Positions 26,951 through 38,295 of a DNA stretch of 64,000 nucleotides are shown here, one piece after another. The notes beneath the pieces were generated by a model, which searched no databases, was not told the DNA's origin, and worked only from the letters and a program-made list of their open reading frames with translations. The stretch covers positions 4,173 through 68,172 of the forward strand of contig CAZZBZ010000004.1 in NCBI GenBank assembly GCA_964653025.1. Direction: 5' to 3'. This DNA is from an uncultured Verrucomicrobiota bacterium (lineage in GTDB: Bacteria; Verrucomicrobiota; Verrucomicrobiia; JABWAM01). Every line of letters starts with the position of its first letter. Within the stretch, counting starts at the first letter, position 1. The position numbers and the translations under genes are program-made.

Positions 26951-27913
26951 TTGCTCATTGCTCCCGTGCCTTGGTCCGACCTCTCCTCCCAGCCACTCGT
27001 CTGCGACCTCCTGAAGCGGTCGTTGAAGAACGATCGCATCCACCACGCATGGATCCTCGCCGGGGAGGAGTTGGAAACCGAGCCGGTCGCGCTCGGTTTC
27101 GCCCGTGCGCTCAACTGCGAAAAGAACGACGGTGATTTCTGCGGCAAGTGCCCCTCCTGCGCCGACATCGCCGCGGGACGCCACCCGGACGTCAGCGCCC
27201 TCCGCGCCGCTTCAAAATCCCGCCAGATCCTCATCCCGCAGCTTCGCGAGTTGGAGCGCGGCATCTACCTCAAGGCCAGCCGCGCCCGCCACAAGGTGGC
27301 CATCATCCACACCGCCGACCGGATGAACGATCCCGCGCAAAACGCGTTCCTCAAGACGCTCGAAGAACCCCCCCCGCGCACCGTCTTTCTCCTCCTCACC
27401 GAAGAGTCCCAGCAGCTCCGAGAAACCGTGCTCTCCCGTTGCCTGCGCGTGCCGTTCCGCCCTGCGGCCAACCGCCCGAAGGATGAACGCGAGAAACAGG
27501 TCGAGGCATGGCTCGAGGAATTCCTCGCGAAAAAGACGGAGGCGCCCGCACCCTTCCGCGCCTTTGGCCTCGCCTCACGCCTCCTCGCGATGCTCAAGGC
27601 CCTCCGTGACGAGAAGCAGGCAGAGTTCGCCGCCGACTTCGACGACGCCGCGAAGGAAAGCCTCGAGCCCGCCCAGCGCGAGGCGGTTGAGAAGCAGATG
27701 GACGCCCAGTCCCAGGCCGAATACCTCCGCGAGCGGACCCGTCTCCTCAAGGGGGTCCTTCAGTGGCTCCGCGACCACGGCGCCCCGCTCGCCTCGCTCC
27801 GCCAGTTGGACGACCTCGCACGCCTCCTCGGGCGAAACGTCCACGAACCCCTCGCCCTCGAGGTCGCCTTCCTCCAGATCACCGAGGCCGGCCTCGGTGA
27901 GGCGCGCACCTGA
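26951..27913 (+). CDS. holB: DNA polymerase III delta-prime subunit
   Basis: HHAWILAGEE..GKCPSCADIAAGRHPDV (Zn module), AIIHTADRMN..AFLKTLEEPP. The start is TTG in the track; the alternative GTG 26966 is possible. Confidence 0.85.
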   Translation: MLIAPVPWSDLSSQPLVCDLLKRSLKNDRIHHAWILAGEELETEPVALGFARALNCEKNDGDFCGKCPSCADIAAGRHPDVSALRAASKSRQILIPQLRELERGIYLKASRARHKVAIIHTADRMNDPAQNAFLKTLEEPPPRTVFLLLTEESQQLRETVLSRCLRVPFRPAANRPKDEREKQVEAWLEEFLAKKTEAPAPFRAFGLASRLLAMLKALRDEKQAEFAADFDDAAKESLEPAQREAVEKQMDAQSQAEYLRERTRLLKGVLQWLRDHGAPLASLRQLDDLARLLGRNVHEPLALEVAFLQITEAGLGEART

Positions 27914-27942
27914 CGGCTCCTTCGCATCTCACCGTCCTCTAA

Positions 27943-29367
27943 ATGATCAAACCCCGCCACCTCCTTTGCTGTCTCGCTCTCTTCTTCTTCGTCTTCGGGA
28001 TGGACCTCTCCGCCGCCCCCCCGCCTGCGAAACCCGCCACATCCCCGACGGTTCACTTCGTTTCCCTCGAGGGAAAGATCACCTCCTCCCCGATCGTTGA
28101 GCACCCGTGTCCCTCCTCGATCGGGGAACCCGAACTCACGGTCCGCGTCGAGCCCCGCTTCCGCGGCCAGACCCTCGAGGGCATCGGCGGTGCCTTCAAC
28201 GAGCAGGGAGGCGAGGCGATCACCCACCTCCGCGAGAAGGCCCGCGAGCGCCTGCTCACCGCCCTCTTCGACCCGAACGAGGGCGCGGGTCTCAACTTCT
28301 GCCGCGTCCCCATCGGCGCCAGCGACTTCGCCCTCTACGCTTGGAGCCTCAACGACTCCAAGGGCGACTACCCCATGACGCATTTCAGTACCCGTCGGGA
28401 CGAGAGGTACCTCGTCCCTTTCATCCAGGCCGCGCGCGCGATCAACCCGGCGATGCGCCTGCATGCCTGCCCTTGGAGCCCGCCCGGCTGGCTCAAGACC
28501 ACGGGCACGATGACGAATGGCGGCCAGCTCCTCGACCGTCCCGAGGTCTATCGTGCCCACGCGCTGTATCTCCGAAAGTTCGTGGAGGGCTACGCCCGCC
28601 TCGGCATCCCGATCGACCGGGTCTTCGTCCAGAACGAGCCGAACATCGAGCGCCGCTACCCCACCTGCGGGATGCCCCCGAAACAAATGGCCCGGTTCGT
28701 CATGCAGTACCTGCGTCCCGAGTTCGATCGCACCGGGGTGAAGGCCGAGATCTGGGCGGGCACCTTCCAGGAAGGCCAGGAGACCTACGCCCAGGACTGC
28801 ATGGATCTTCCCGGTTTCCGCGGGGCCATCTCCGGCATGGGCTTCCAGTACAGCCACCCGGGGAGGATCCGTGACATCAGGATGCAGGACCCCTCGCTCA
28901 AGGTCATGCAAACCGAGGCGATGTGCTTCGACGGCGAGAACAGCCGCCCCCAGGCCCGCCTCCTCTTTGAGAACATCGTGGACCACTTCAACGCAGGGTG
29001 CACTGTCTACACCTACTGGAACATGGTCCTCAACGAAACCTCCCGCAGCGCGTGGGATTGGCGCCAGAACTCGCTGCTCATCGTGGACCGCAATACGGGC
29101 GGCATCCGATGGAACCGCGACTTCGCGATCATGGCCCTCGTCGGCCGTACATTAAAACCCGGCGCGAAGTGGGTCGCCTCGGCACCCTCCGCCGGCCCCA
29201 ACACCGCCGCCTTCCTGAACCCCGACGGGTCCCTCGCGATCCTGCTCTGGAACGAAGGCCCCCGCGTCACCTGCGAGATCCAGGTCGGCACCACCCGCAC
29301 ACGGGTCGAACTTCCCGCTGATTCTCCCTGTGCGATGGTTCTCCCCGGACGATTGTTTACGCCGTAA
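27943..29367 (+). CDS. Glycoside hydrolase family 30 (glucosylceramidase/xylanase-like), secreted
   Basis: Signal peptide; LEGIGGAFNE..GLNFCRVPIGASDF..FVQNEPN (catalytic acid/base Glu region). Confidence 0.85.
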   Translation: MIKPRHLLCCLALFFFVFGMDLSAAPPPAKPATSPTVHFVSLEGKITSSPIVEHPCPSSIGEPELTVRVEPRFRGQTLEGIGGAFNEQGGEAITHLREKARERLLTALFDPNEGAGLNFCRVPIGASDFALYAWSLNDSKGDYPMTHFSTRRDERYLVPFIQAARAINPAMRLHACPWSPPGWLKTTGTMTNGGQLLDRPEVYRAHALYLRKFVEGYARLGIPIDRVFVQNEPNIERRYPTCGMPPKQMARFVMQYLRPEFDRTGVKAEIWAGTFQEGQETYAQDCMDLPGFRGAISGMGFQYSHPGRIRDIRMQDPSLKVMQTEAMCFDGENSRPQARLLFENIVDHFNAGCTVYTYWNMVLNETSRSAWDWRQNSLLIVDRNTGGIRWNRDFAIMALVGRTLKPGAKWVASAPSAGPNTAAFLNPDGSLAILLWNEGPRVTCEIQVGTTRTRVELPADSPCAMVLPGRLFTP

Positions 29368-29412
29368 ATCCACGGGAGGCATGCCTCCACAATCCCCACT
29401 TCTTCACCCCGA

Positions 29413-30300
29413 TTAAGGGGGAGGTGAGGCGGGAGCGAGGGCTGCGGCCAGCGCTTGGATGAAGGCGGGGCTGGTACCGCAGCAGCCGCCGATGAAGGAG
29501 GCTCCCGCCGCCTTCACCTTCAGCGCGTGCTTCGCAAATTCTTCGGGCGCGACGCGGTAGACGGCCTTGCCCTCCACCATCTCGGGGAGGCCGGCGTTCG
29601 CCTTGATCCAGATCGGGCGCTTCGTCGCCGCGCGGAGCCGCTCGCAGATCGGGATGTAGCCCTCGATTCCCTGGCCGCAGTTTGCGCCGATGACGTCGGC
29701 TCCCGCCTCGTCGAGTTCCGCGGCGGCCTGCTCGGGAGTCGTCCCCATCATCGTGCGGTCGTGCCCCTTGCCGGAGTCGTAGACCATGGAGACCACGCAT
29801 GGCAGCCCGGTCGCCTTCCCCGCCGCGAGGGCGCAACGGGCCTCGGCCACCTCCGCGAAGGTCTCGATCACGAATCCCTGCGCCCCACCGGCGGCAAGCG
29901 CCGCCATCTGCTCGGCAAAGATCTTCTGCAGGTCCGCCTCCTCGATCTCACCCGCGGAAACCATCTTTCCCGTTGGCCCAACCGAGGCGAAGACCAACGC
30001 CCGATCGCCCGCCGCCTTGCGGGAGAGCGCGGTGCCGGCACGGTTGATCTCAAACAGCTTTTCGGCAAGTCCCTGCCGCTCGAGGACCACCCGGTTCGCG
30101 CCGAAGGTGTTCGTGAGGACCACGCGGCTGCCGGCCTCCACGTAGGAACGGGCGACCCGCTCCACGCGGTCGGGATGATCGAGGTTCCAGCAGTCGGGAC
30201 ACTCACCAGGGGCGAGGCCGAGCTTCTGGAACTCGGTGCCCCACCCACCGTCAGAAACCACGGGGATGGACTTCAGGAGGGATTCGAGGGTTGGGTGCAT
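29413..30300 (-). CDS. Homocysteine S-methyltransferase-domain protein (MetH Hcy-binding-domain-like; Zn thiol methyltransferase)
   Basis: VVSDGGWGTEF..VVLTNTFGAN..GANCGQG..FIGGCCGTSPAFI (Zn-binding Cys motifs). Confidence 0.85.
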   Translation of the reverse strand: MHPTLESLLKSIPVVSDGGWGTEFQKLGLAPGECPDCWNLDHPDRVERVARSYVEAGSRVVLTNTFGANRVVLERQGLAEKLFEINRAGTALSRKAAGDRALVFASVGPTGKMVSAGEIEEADLQKIFAEQMAALAAGGAQGFVIETFAEVAEARCALAAGKATGLPCVVSMVYDSGKGHDRTMMGTTPEQAAAELDEAGADVIGANCGQGIEGYIPICERLRAATKRPIWIKANAGLPEMVEGKAVYRVAPEEFAKHALKVKAAGASFIGGCCGTSPAFIQALAAALAPASPPP

Positions 30301-30440
30301 GGGAGGAGGGAGGGAGAGGAAAATGTAAAATGATCAACGGCCAATGAAAAATGGGCAATGGGCGGAGCGGAGAGAGGGATTTGGGCCCCAGAGCGTAAGC
30401 TACAGGCCACAGGCTTCAGGAGGGAAGCCCGGAGATAGGG

Positions 30441-30480
30441 GAAAAGCAAAAGGCCCGCCCCGCGGTTGGCGGGACGGGCC
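30441..30480 (-). terminator. Rho-independent terminator after the corrinoid-protein gene
   Basis: On the minus strand: GGCCCGUCCCG-loop-CGGGGCGGGCC followed by UUUUGCUUUU (plus-strand text aaaaggcccgccccgcggttggcgggacgggcc). Confidence 0.55.
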
Positions 30481-30503
30481 TTTGGGAAACTGTGTGGAAC
30501 CGA

Positions 30504-31130
30504 TCAGACGCCGAGAACTTTCCTGGCAACGGCCACGGCGGAGCTGGCGTTGTCGGCGTAGCCATCCGCCCCGATCTCGGTGGCGTACTGCTGCGTCACC
30601 GGCGCGCCGCCGATGATCACCTTCACGTTCGCGCGGACACCCTGGGTCTTGAGGCTCTCGATGGTGGTCTTCATCGAAGGCATCGTGGTGGTCAGCAGCG
30701 CGGAAAGTGCGATGACATTCGCGTTCTTCTCCTTCACGGCGGCGATGAACTTCTCGGGGGAGACGTCCACCCCGAGGTCAATCACCTCAAACCCACCGCC
30801 CTCGAGCATCGCGGAGACGAGGTTTTTGCCGATGTCGTGGAGGTCGCCCTTCACCGTCCCGATCGCAACGCGGCCCACGGGCTGGGCACCGGCCTTGGCG
30901 AGCAGCGGCTTGATCAGCTCGAGCGCGGCCTTCATCGCGCGCGCGGAAATGAGCAGCTCGGGCACGAAGTACTCGTTCGCCTCAAAGCGACGCCCCACCT
31001 CGGCCATCGCGGGAATCATCTGCTCGTTGACGAGCTTCTGCGGATCGGTGCCGTCAGCGAGGGCCTTCTCGGTAATGGCCTTGGCATCCTTGGCCTTACC
31101 TTCGAGCACGGCATTGTAGAGTTCCTTCAT
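30504..31130 (-). CDS. Cobalamin-binding corrinoid protein (B12-binding cap + Rossmann domain; MtbC/MetH B12-domain-like)
   Basis: GTVKGDLHDIGKN (DxHxxG), SALLTTTM, GGAPV motifs; 208 aa. Confidence 0.85.
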   Translation of the reverse strand: MKELYNAVLEGKAKDAKAITEKALADGTDPQKLVNEQMIPAMAEVGRRFEANEYFVPELLISARAMKAALELIKPLLAKAGAQPVGRVAIGTVKGDLHDIGKNLVSAMLEGGGFEVIDLGVDVSPEKFIAAVKEKNANVIALSALLTTTMPSMKTTIESLKTQGVRANVKVIIGGAPVTQQYATEIGADGYADNASSAVAVARKVLGV

Positions 31131-31253
31131 ATTTTAATTAAGTGGGATGGGGTGAATGGGGTGAGAGAACGGGGGATTATTGGTCAGATGGGGCGGCGAA
31201 CGTCAATGGAAATTCTAGCAGCTCCGTAGCCGCATGAGATTGGGAGAAACACC

Positions 31254-31287
31254 GGAATTCGATCTGGCACGTGCTCGATCGAATTCC
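31254..31287. promoter_or_regulatory. 34-bp near-perfect palindrome GGAATTCGATCtgGCACGTGCtcGATCGAATTCC about 120 nt upstream of the corrinoid gene
   Basis: Direct reading. The 11-bp outer arms are perfectly complementary and the centre GCACGTGC is itself palindromic. Confidence 0.45.
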
Positions 31288-31328
31288 TGTATTTTTGATG
31301 GGTGTCAATTGAGGCCCGTCCACGCGAC

Positions 31329-32264
31329 TCACCGCGCCCGACGCACCGCCCCGGCGTCTCCGCGATCATAGTCCCCCATCCGCGCGAAGGAGCGCCAGCG
31401 CGCCTTGATGTCGGCGGAGGAAAGGTCGCGAATGCGGTCGAGGCTGAAGGATTCCACGGTAAACGAGGCCATCACGCTCCCAAGGACCACCGCGCGCTGG
31501 AGGGTCCCGAGGTCGGCCCGACGCTGCCGGGCGACACTCCCCATGAACCCACCCGCAAAGGCGTCCCCCGCTCCGGTCGGGTCCTGGACGTCCTCCACAG
31601 GGAAGGCAGGCGCCGAGAAAAAGGTGTCGCGCCCGAAGAGGAGGCATCCATGCTCGCCCTTTTTCACGATTGCCCAGGCGGGACCGAGCTTGAGAAGGGC
31701 CCGGCCGGCGCGGATGAGGTTGGGCTCACCGGTGAGTTCGCGCGCCTCGCCGTCGTTCATGCAAATGGCGTCCACCTTCTTGAGAAGCCGCAAAAGATCG
31801 GGGCGGGAGAGTTGGATCCAGCGATCCATGGTGTCCGCCATCACAAACTTTGGGCGACGCATCTGACCGAGGACGTGAAGTTGGAGCGAGGGCTCGATGT
31901 TCCCGAGGAGGGCGAAGGGCGCGTTGAGGCAGGAGGGAGGCAAATCGGGGCGAAAGTTTTCAAAGACGTTCAGCGCCACCGAGAGCGTTCGCCGCTCGTT
32001 CATGTTCTGGAAGTATTCGCCCGACCATCGAAAGGTTAGCCCGTGCTCAACCTTCATCCCCGCAAGATCCACGCCACGCCCGAGAAAGATGCGGCGGAGT
32101 TCCTCCGGGAAGTCCTCGCCCACCACACCGACAAGGCGGGGCTCGGCGAAGTAGCTGGCGGCAACGGCCGCGTAGGAGGCCGAGCCCCCGAGCAGGCCCG
32201 CCCGCGCCTCGCGCGGCGTCTTCACATCGTCAATGCCAATGGAACCGACAACCAGGAGCGACAT
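31329..32264 (-). CDS. PfkB-family carbohydrate kinase (ribokinase-like)
   Basis: VVGSIGIDDV.., ..DPTGAGDAFAGGF (PfkB signature 2). Confidence 0.85.
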   Translation of the reverse strand: MSLLVVGSIGIDDVKTPREARAGLLGGSASYAAVAASYFAEPRLVGVVGEDFPEELRRIFLGRGVDLAGMKVEHGLTFRWSGEYFQNMNERRTLSVALNVFENFRPDLPPSCLNAPFALLGNIEPSLQLHVLGQMRRPKFVMADTMDRWIQLSRPDLLRLLKKVDAICMNDGEARELTGEPNLIRAGRALLKLGPAWAIVKKGEHGCLLFGRDTFFSAPAFPVEDVQDPTGAGDAFAGGFMGSVARQRRADLGTLQRAVVLGSVMASFTVESFSLDRIRDLSSADIKARWRSFARMGDYDRGDAGAVRRAR

Positions 32265-32320
32265 GCGCGGAAGCTACACGCGACCCACGGCGCATGGCAA
32301 CGCTTGATTGAGGGCGAGGC

Positions 32321-34159
32321 TTGGCCTTGAGTGTCCCCCAAGCCATGAGCGACTTTTTTGGGAAAGAGGTGCTGGACCGCGTCCGCATGGCGAACGACAT
32401 CGTGGAGATCGTCCAGTGGCTCGGGGTGCCCCTGCGCCGCGCGGGAGCGAGCCACAAGGCGCTCTGCCCTTTTCACAAGGAGAAGACCCCCTCCTTCCAC
32501 GTCAACGCACGCACGCAGGGCTTCAAGTGTTTCGGCTGTGGGGCCGGGGGCGATGTCTTTAAATTTCTCATGCTCCGCGAGGGACTCGACTTCCCGACGG
32601 CGGTGCGGCGGCTCGCGGAGCGCGCGCAAATTGTTCTTCCCGAGAGTTCGGGTTCCCCCGGCGACCGCGGCCCGACGCGAGAGCGGCGCGAAAAACTCTA
32701 TGAGGCACTCTCAAAGGCGCGCGACTGGTATCACCTCCTCCTGATGCGCGACCGCCGGGCGAATGCCTCGCGGCGCTACCTGCGGGATCGCGAGTTCAGC
32801 AGCGTGGTGGCGAAGGAGTACCGCCTCGGCTACTCGCCCGGGGATGGCGACGGGCTTGTCGAATGGGCGACCGGCCATGGGATCGAGGCCGCAGTACTCG
32901 AGGAAGCTGGACTCGCGCTGCACGGACGATCGGGGTTCTTCGACCGATTCCGAAACCGTCTGATGATCCCGATCGCCGACGACTTCGGACGGATCGTCGG
33001 CTTTAGTGCTCGCCTGCTCGACCAGGGAGCGAAGGAAGCTAAGTACATCAACTCTCCCGAGACCCCGGTTTTTCACAAGGGTCGCCTTCTCTTCGGCCTC
33101 GACCGTGCGAAGCGCGTGCTCCAGGAGCGCCGTTCGGCCCTTCTCTGCGAGGGCCAACTCGACTGCATCCGCTGCCAGTCCGCCGGCCTCGGCTGGACGG
33201 TGGCCCCGCAGGGGACTGCACTCACCGAGGACCAGGCACGCATCCTGCGCCGCTACGTGGACGAGGTGGTGCTCTGCTTCGACGCCGACCCCGCCGGGCA
33301 GGAAGCGACGTGGCGCAACGCGGGCACACTCATCGCCGCCGGGCTCTCGGTGAAAGCCGCCACGCTTCCCAAGGGAGAGGACCCGGATAGCCTCATCCGC
33401 AAGCAGGGCGCCCCCGCGATGGAGAAGGCTGTCGCCGCCGCCACCGACATCTTTGAGCACCGCGCCCTGGCACTTCGGGGACAACTGGACATGCGCAATC
33501 CGAGAAACCATCGGCGAGTCGTTGAGCACATTACCCCGCTCCTCTCCCTCCTCGAAAGCGAGCCCGAACGCCTGCGCGCCGCCTCGAACGTCTGTGACAT
33601 TCTCGGAATCCAGCCGGATGCCTTCCTCGCCGAGTACGCCCGCCTGCGCCGACGCGCCTCGCGCTCCCCGGGGGCCTCCGAGGCAGAGGCGGCGGCCCCC
33701 TCCGCCTCACCCGAGTCCTTCCGCTGCGCCGACCGCCTCCTCCACATCGCGCTCTCGGAGGCCCCGGCCGCGCGCATGCTCGCCGCCCACCTCTCCATGG
33801 AGTGGCTGGAGGGCTACTCGCTCGCGGAGGTCTTCGCTCACGTGCTTGCCGCCTCCAAGAAAGGAGAGTGGCAGGAGGGTTGGGGCGGCGTACCCACCTC
33901 CATCGACGACGAGACCCGGGCTCTCCTCGCCTCGGTGCTGATGCTCCCCATGCCCGGCAATCGCACGGCCCTCGTGGCGGACATCCAGGACAACCTCCAT
34001 CACCTCGAACGGCAGCACCTCGTGCGCCAGCGCGACCTGGCGCTCGCCCGCCTGAAAGCCCCCGACCTTCCTCCTGAAGAACTTCAGAAACTCCAGTCTC
34101 ACCTGCTGACTGTAAAGAAAGGTCTCGAAAGACTTGCCAAAAGCCTTCGCTCCCGATAG
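32321..34159 (+). CDS. dnaG: DNA primase
   Basis: Zinc-binding domain [36 protein letters not shown] region ..LCEGQLDCI... ATG 32345 is an alternative start. Confidence 0.9.
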   Translation: MALSVPQAMSDFFGKEVLDRVRMANDIVEIVQWLGVPLRRAGASHKALCPFHKEKTPSFHVNARTQGFKCFGCGAGGDVFKFLMLREGLDFPTAVRRLAERAQIVLPESSGSPGDRGPTRERREKLYEALSKARDWYHLLLMRDRRANASRRYLRDREFSSVVAKEYRLGYSPGDGDGLVEWATGHGIEAAVLEEAGLALHGRSGFFDRFRNRLMIPIADDFGRIVGFSARLLDQGAKEAKYINSPETPVFHKGRLLFGLDRAKRVLQERRSALLCEGQLDCIRCQSAGLGWTVAPQGTALTEDQARILRRYVDEVVLCFDADPAGQEATWRNAGTLIAAGLSVKAATLPKGEDPDSLIRKQGAPAMEKAVAAATDIFEHRALALRGQLDMRNPRNHRRVVEHITPLLSLLESEPERLRAASNVCDILGIQPDAFLAEYARLRRRASRSPGASEAEAAAPSASPESFRCADRLLHIALSEAPAARMLAAHLSMEWLEGYSLAEVFAHVLAASKKGEWQEGWGGVPTSIDDETRALLASVLMLPMPGNRTALVADIQDNLHHLERQHLVRQRDLALARLKAPDLPPEELQKLQSHLLTVKKGLERLAKSLRSR

Positions 34160-34202
34160 GCTGTTGAGTCCCAGTTTTCGGCTCTGCTCTCCCCGCCGCA
34201 GG

Positions 34203-36098
<1,896 letters not shown>

Positions 36099-36105
36099 CC
36101 CCTCT

Positions 36106-36855
36106 ATGGCGACGGGCCCCGAGCCCCTCCCGCCCCGCTCCGCCGGGGTATTCGTCGTGGCGCTCGCCACGCTCGTGGCGCTCTGGCTTCCCGCCTTTGA
36201 AAGCCCCCTCCAGCCTGCCGACCTGCCCGCATGGCTCGCGGAGGTGCTACGACTCGATTCCTCGGCCCGCTGGCGTCCACGATGGGATTACCTCGTCGTA
36301 CCTGTGCTCTTCGCGTGGGTCTCCCTTTCCACGTGGCGAAGCTGGCCTGGGGCCGCGGCCCTCGGGCTCTCCCCGCGAAATTTCTGGGCCGCCTGCCGCG
36401 GGCTCGTCCTTCCCACCCTTGCGGGGCTCGCACTCGTCCTCGCGATCGGGGCCGCCTGGGGCCAACCCCCCTCCGAGGTTTTTCGCGCCGGCTCGCCGTT
36501 CTGGAAGCGGCTCATCCCGATCCCCGCGTTTTTCCAGCAACTCGTGATCCAGGGCTGGTTTCACCGCCAGCTCATGCCCTGGCTGGGGCGCGGGAGGCGC
36601 ACCGCAGCCGTGCTCACCGTCTACTTCGTCCTCCTCCATGCCCCAAACCCGGGACTGATGCTCGGGACCCTCGTCGGCATGTACTTCTGGGCCCGCAGCT
36701 TCCAGCGCCACCCCAACCTCTACGCCCTCGCTCTCTCCCACGCCCTCCTCAGCGCCGCCCTCATGGGAGCCTTCCCGAAGGCCCTCCTCCCCAGCGTCTC
36801 CGTTGGATTGCGCTTCGTCGAAAAAGGAATCGCTGCGGGCTGGTGGCCTTGGTGA
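36106..36855 (+). CDS. CPBP-family intramembrane metalloprotease (CAAX protease-like) membrane protein
   Basis: Multi-TM; ..FFQQLVIQGWFHRQL.. and ..VYFVLLHAPNP.. motifs; begins 7 nt after the rpoD stop. Confidence 0.7.
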   Translation: MATGPEPLPPRSAGVFVVALATLVALWLPAFESPLQPADLPAWLAEVLRLDSSARWRPRWDYLVVPVLFAWVSLSTWRSWPGAAALGLSPRNFWAACRGLVLPTLAGLALVLAIGAAWGQPPSEVFRAGSPFWKRLIPIPAFFQQLVIQGWFHRQLMPWLGRGRRTAAVLTVYFVLLHAPNPGLMLGTLVGMYFWARSFQRHPNLYALALSHALLSAALMGAFPKALLPSVSVGLRFVEKGIAAGWWPW

Positions 36856-36971
36856 TTACCCGGACAGAAAATGCGAGAGGAATGGACGCCGCCGGGGGCG
36901 GCCGCTAGTGTGGTGTCCACGAAATACTTGCCGTTACAGAACTCGCACATCCCGAGAAGATTGCTCTAAAT

Positions 36972-37040
36972 GATGGAGGGGCACGCTTCGTCGTGCCCTC
37001 TGTGAGGACCGATGGCCACGACGAAGCGTGGCCCTCCATC
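36972..37040. repeat. Long inverted repeat (about 25/27-bp stem, 16-nt loop)
   Basis: gatggaggggcacgcttcgtcgtgcc .. ggccacgacgaagcgtggccctccatc. Confidence 0.6.
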
Positions 37041-37101
37041 AAAAGAAATAATGGCAGATACTTCAAGGACAGCAGACTAGACTCCGCTCCAAGGAAAACG
37101 G

Positions 37102-38121
37102 ATGGCCAGGACCCGCGCAACCCGAAAACCCGGACGCGGCGAGACACTCGCCGCATGGAGCGTCCTCCTCGTCCTCGCCGTTATCGCCGCCGGGGTGGGC
37201 TGGTGCCAGTCCCACTTCAACCCTGCGATACACGCGATGGCCTTCGCCACCTCCGACACCGGCCTCGCAAAGGCGCGCACCGCCGCCCCACTCGATCTTC
37301 TCGAAAAATGGCCCGCAGGAATGAAACCCCTCGGCCCCGCCGAGCGCTTCGATGCCGTCACACTTTCCGATAAGATCGACGGCAAGGCCGAACTCTACTT
37401 CTCCGCCGGGTTCAAGGAACTCCGCTGTCAGCGCGTGGGCACTGCGGGCGGGGCCTCCGAGTGGATGGAGATCGAGGCCTTCGACATGGGCGAGCCTGCC
37501 AACGCCTTCTCCGTCTACAGCGTCCAGCGCCGCAAGACCGCGACCGACGCCGGGATCGGCGACCACTCCTACTTCGCGGGCAATGCCCTCTGCTTCGTTC
37601 ACGGACCGTTCTATGTGGAGGTCATCGCCACCGACGCACAACCCGCGCTCATGAAATCCGTCGCCGCAGCGGGACGGCGCTTCATCGAGGAGCACCCGGT
37701 CGCGCGAAAGGTGAACGTCGCCGACGACAAGGCCCTCTTTCCGAAGGAGGCGATCGTCCCCAACAGCTTCTCGCTCCTCGCAAGCGATGTCTTCGGCTTC
37801 GACCGCCTCGATCGCGTCTTTCTCTGCCGCGTGAAGGAGGGGAAGCAGGAGATCGCCCTCTTCGCCTCGCGCCGAGGTTCTCCCGCAGAGGCCGAAAAAC
37901 TCGCGGTGGACTACCGCGCCTTCCTCATCAAGGACTGCGGAGGCAAGGACGCGGGGACCGTCCCTCCGGTGCCCGGTTCCTCGATGATTTCCCTCGACGG
38001 GATGTTCGAGGGGGTGTTCTCCTCCGGATCCGTGATGGCAGGCATTCATCAGGCCCCAAGCCGCGAGGCCGTGCTTCGCTGGGCGGAGCGCCTCGCCCGC
38101 AGCATCGAGGGGAAGAAATGA
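37102..38121 (+). CDS. Hypothetical membrane-anchored protein (N-terminal signal anchor), no recognised domain
   Basis: MARTRATRKPGRGETLAAWSVLLVLAVIAAGVGW..; consistent coding composition; 339 aa. Confidence 0.6.
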   Translation: MARTRATRKPGRGETLAAWSVLLVLAVIAAGVGWCQSHFNPAIHAMAFATSDTGLAKARTAAPLDLLEKWPAGMKPLGPAERFDAVTLSDKIDGKAELYFSAGFKELRCQRVGTAGGASEWMEIEAFDMGEPANAFSVYSVQRRKTATDAGIGDHSYFAGNALCFVHGPFYVEVIATDAQPALMKSVAAAGRRFIEEHPVARKVNVADDKALFPKEAIVPNSFSLLASDVFGFDRLDRVFLCRVKEGKQEIALFASRRGSPAEAEKLAVDYRAFLIKDCGGKDAGTVPPVPGSSMISLDGMFEGVFSSGSVMAGIHQAPSREAVLRWAERLARSIEGKK

Positions 38122-38295
38122 TGCAGTTATCCAGGTTCACGGTTAAGGGGTTCAACGGTTCAACGGTTGGAAAGAGTATATGGAACGAGCATTTTGACGG
38201 TTTCGAGGCGTGGCAATTGAAGCGAGAACTGACTTGCAGTGTGAAATCAACCGCTGAACCGTGAACCGCGGAACCCAACAACCCGTCCGACCAGT

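Noticed and set aside
31131-31328. Looked for a cobalamin riboswitch (B12 box GCCACTG) in the corrinoid operon leader
   Set aside because: No B12-box or conserved riboswitch core was found on either strand. Only the 34-bp palindrome and a GGGGTGA direct repeat are present.
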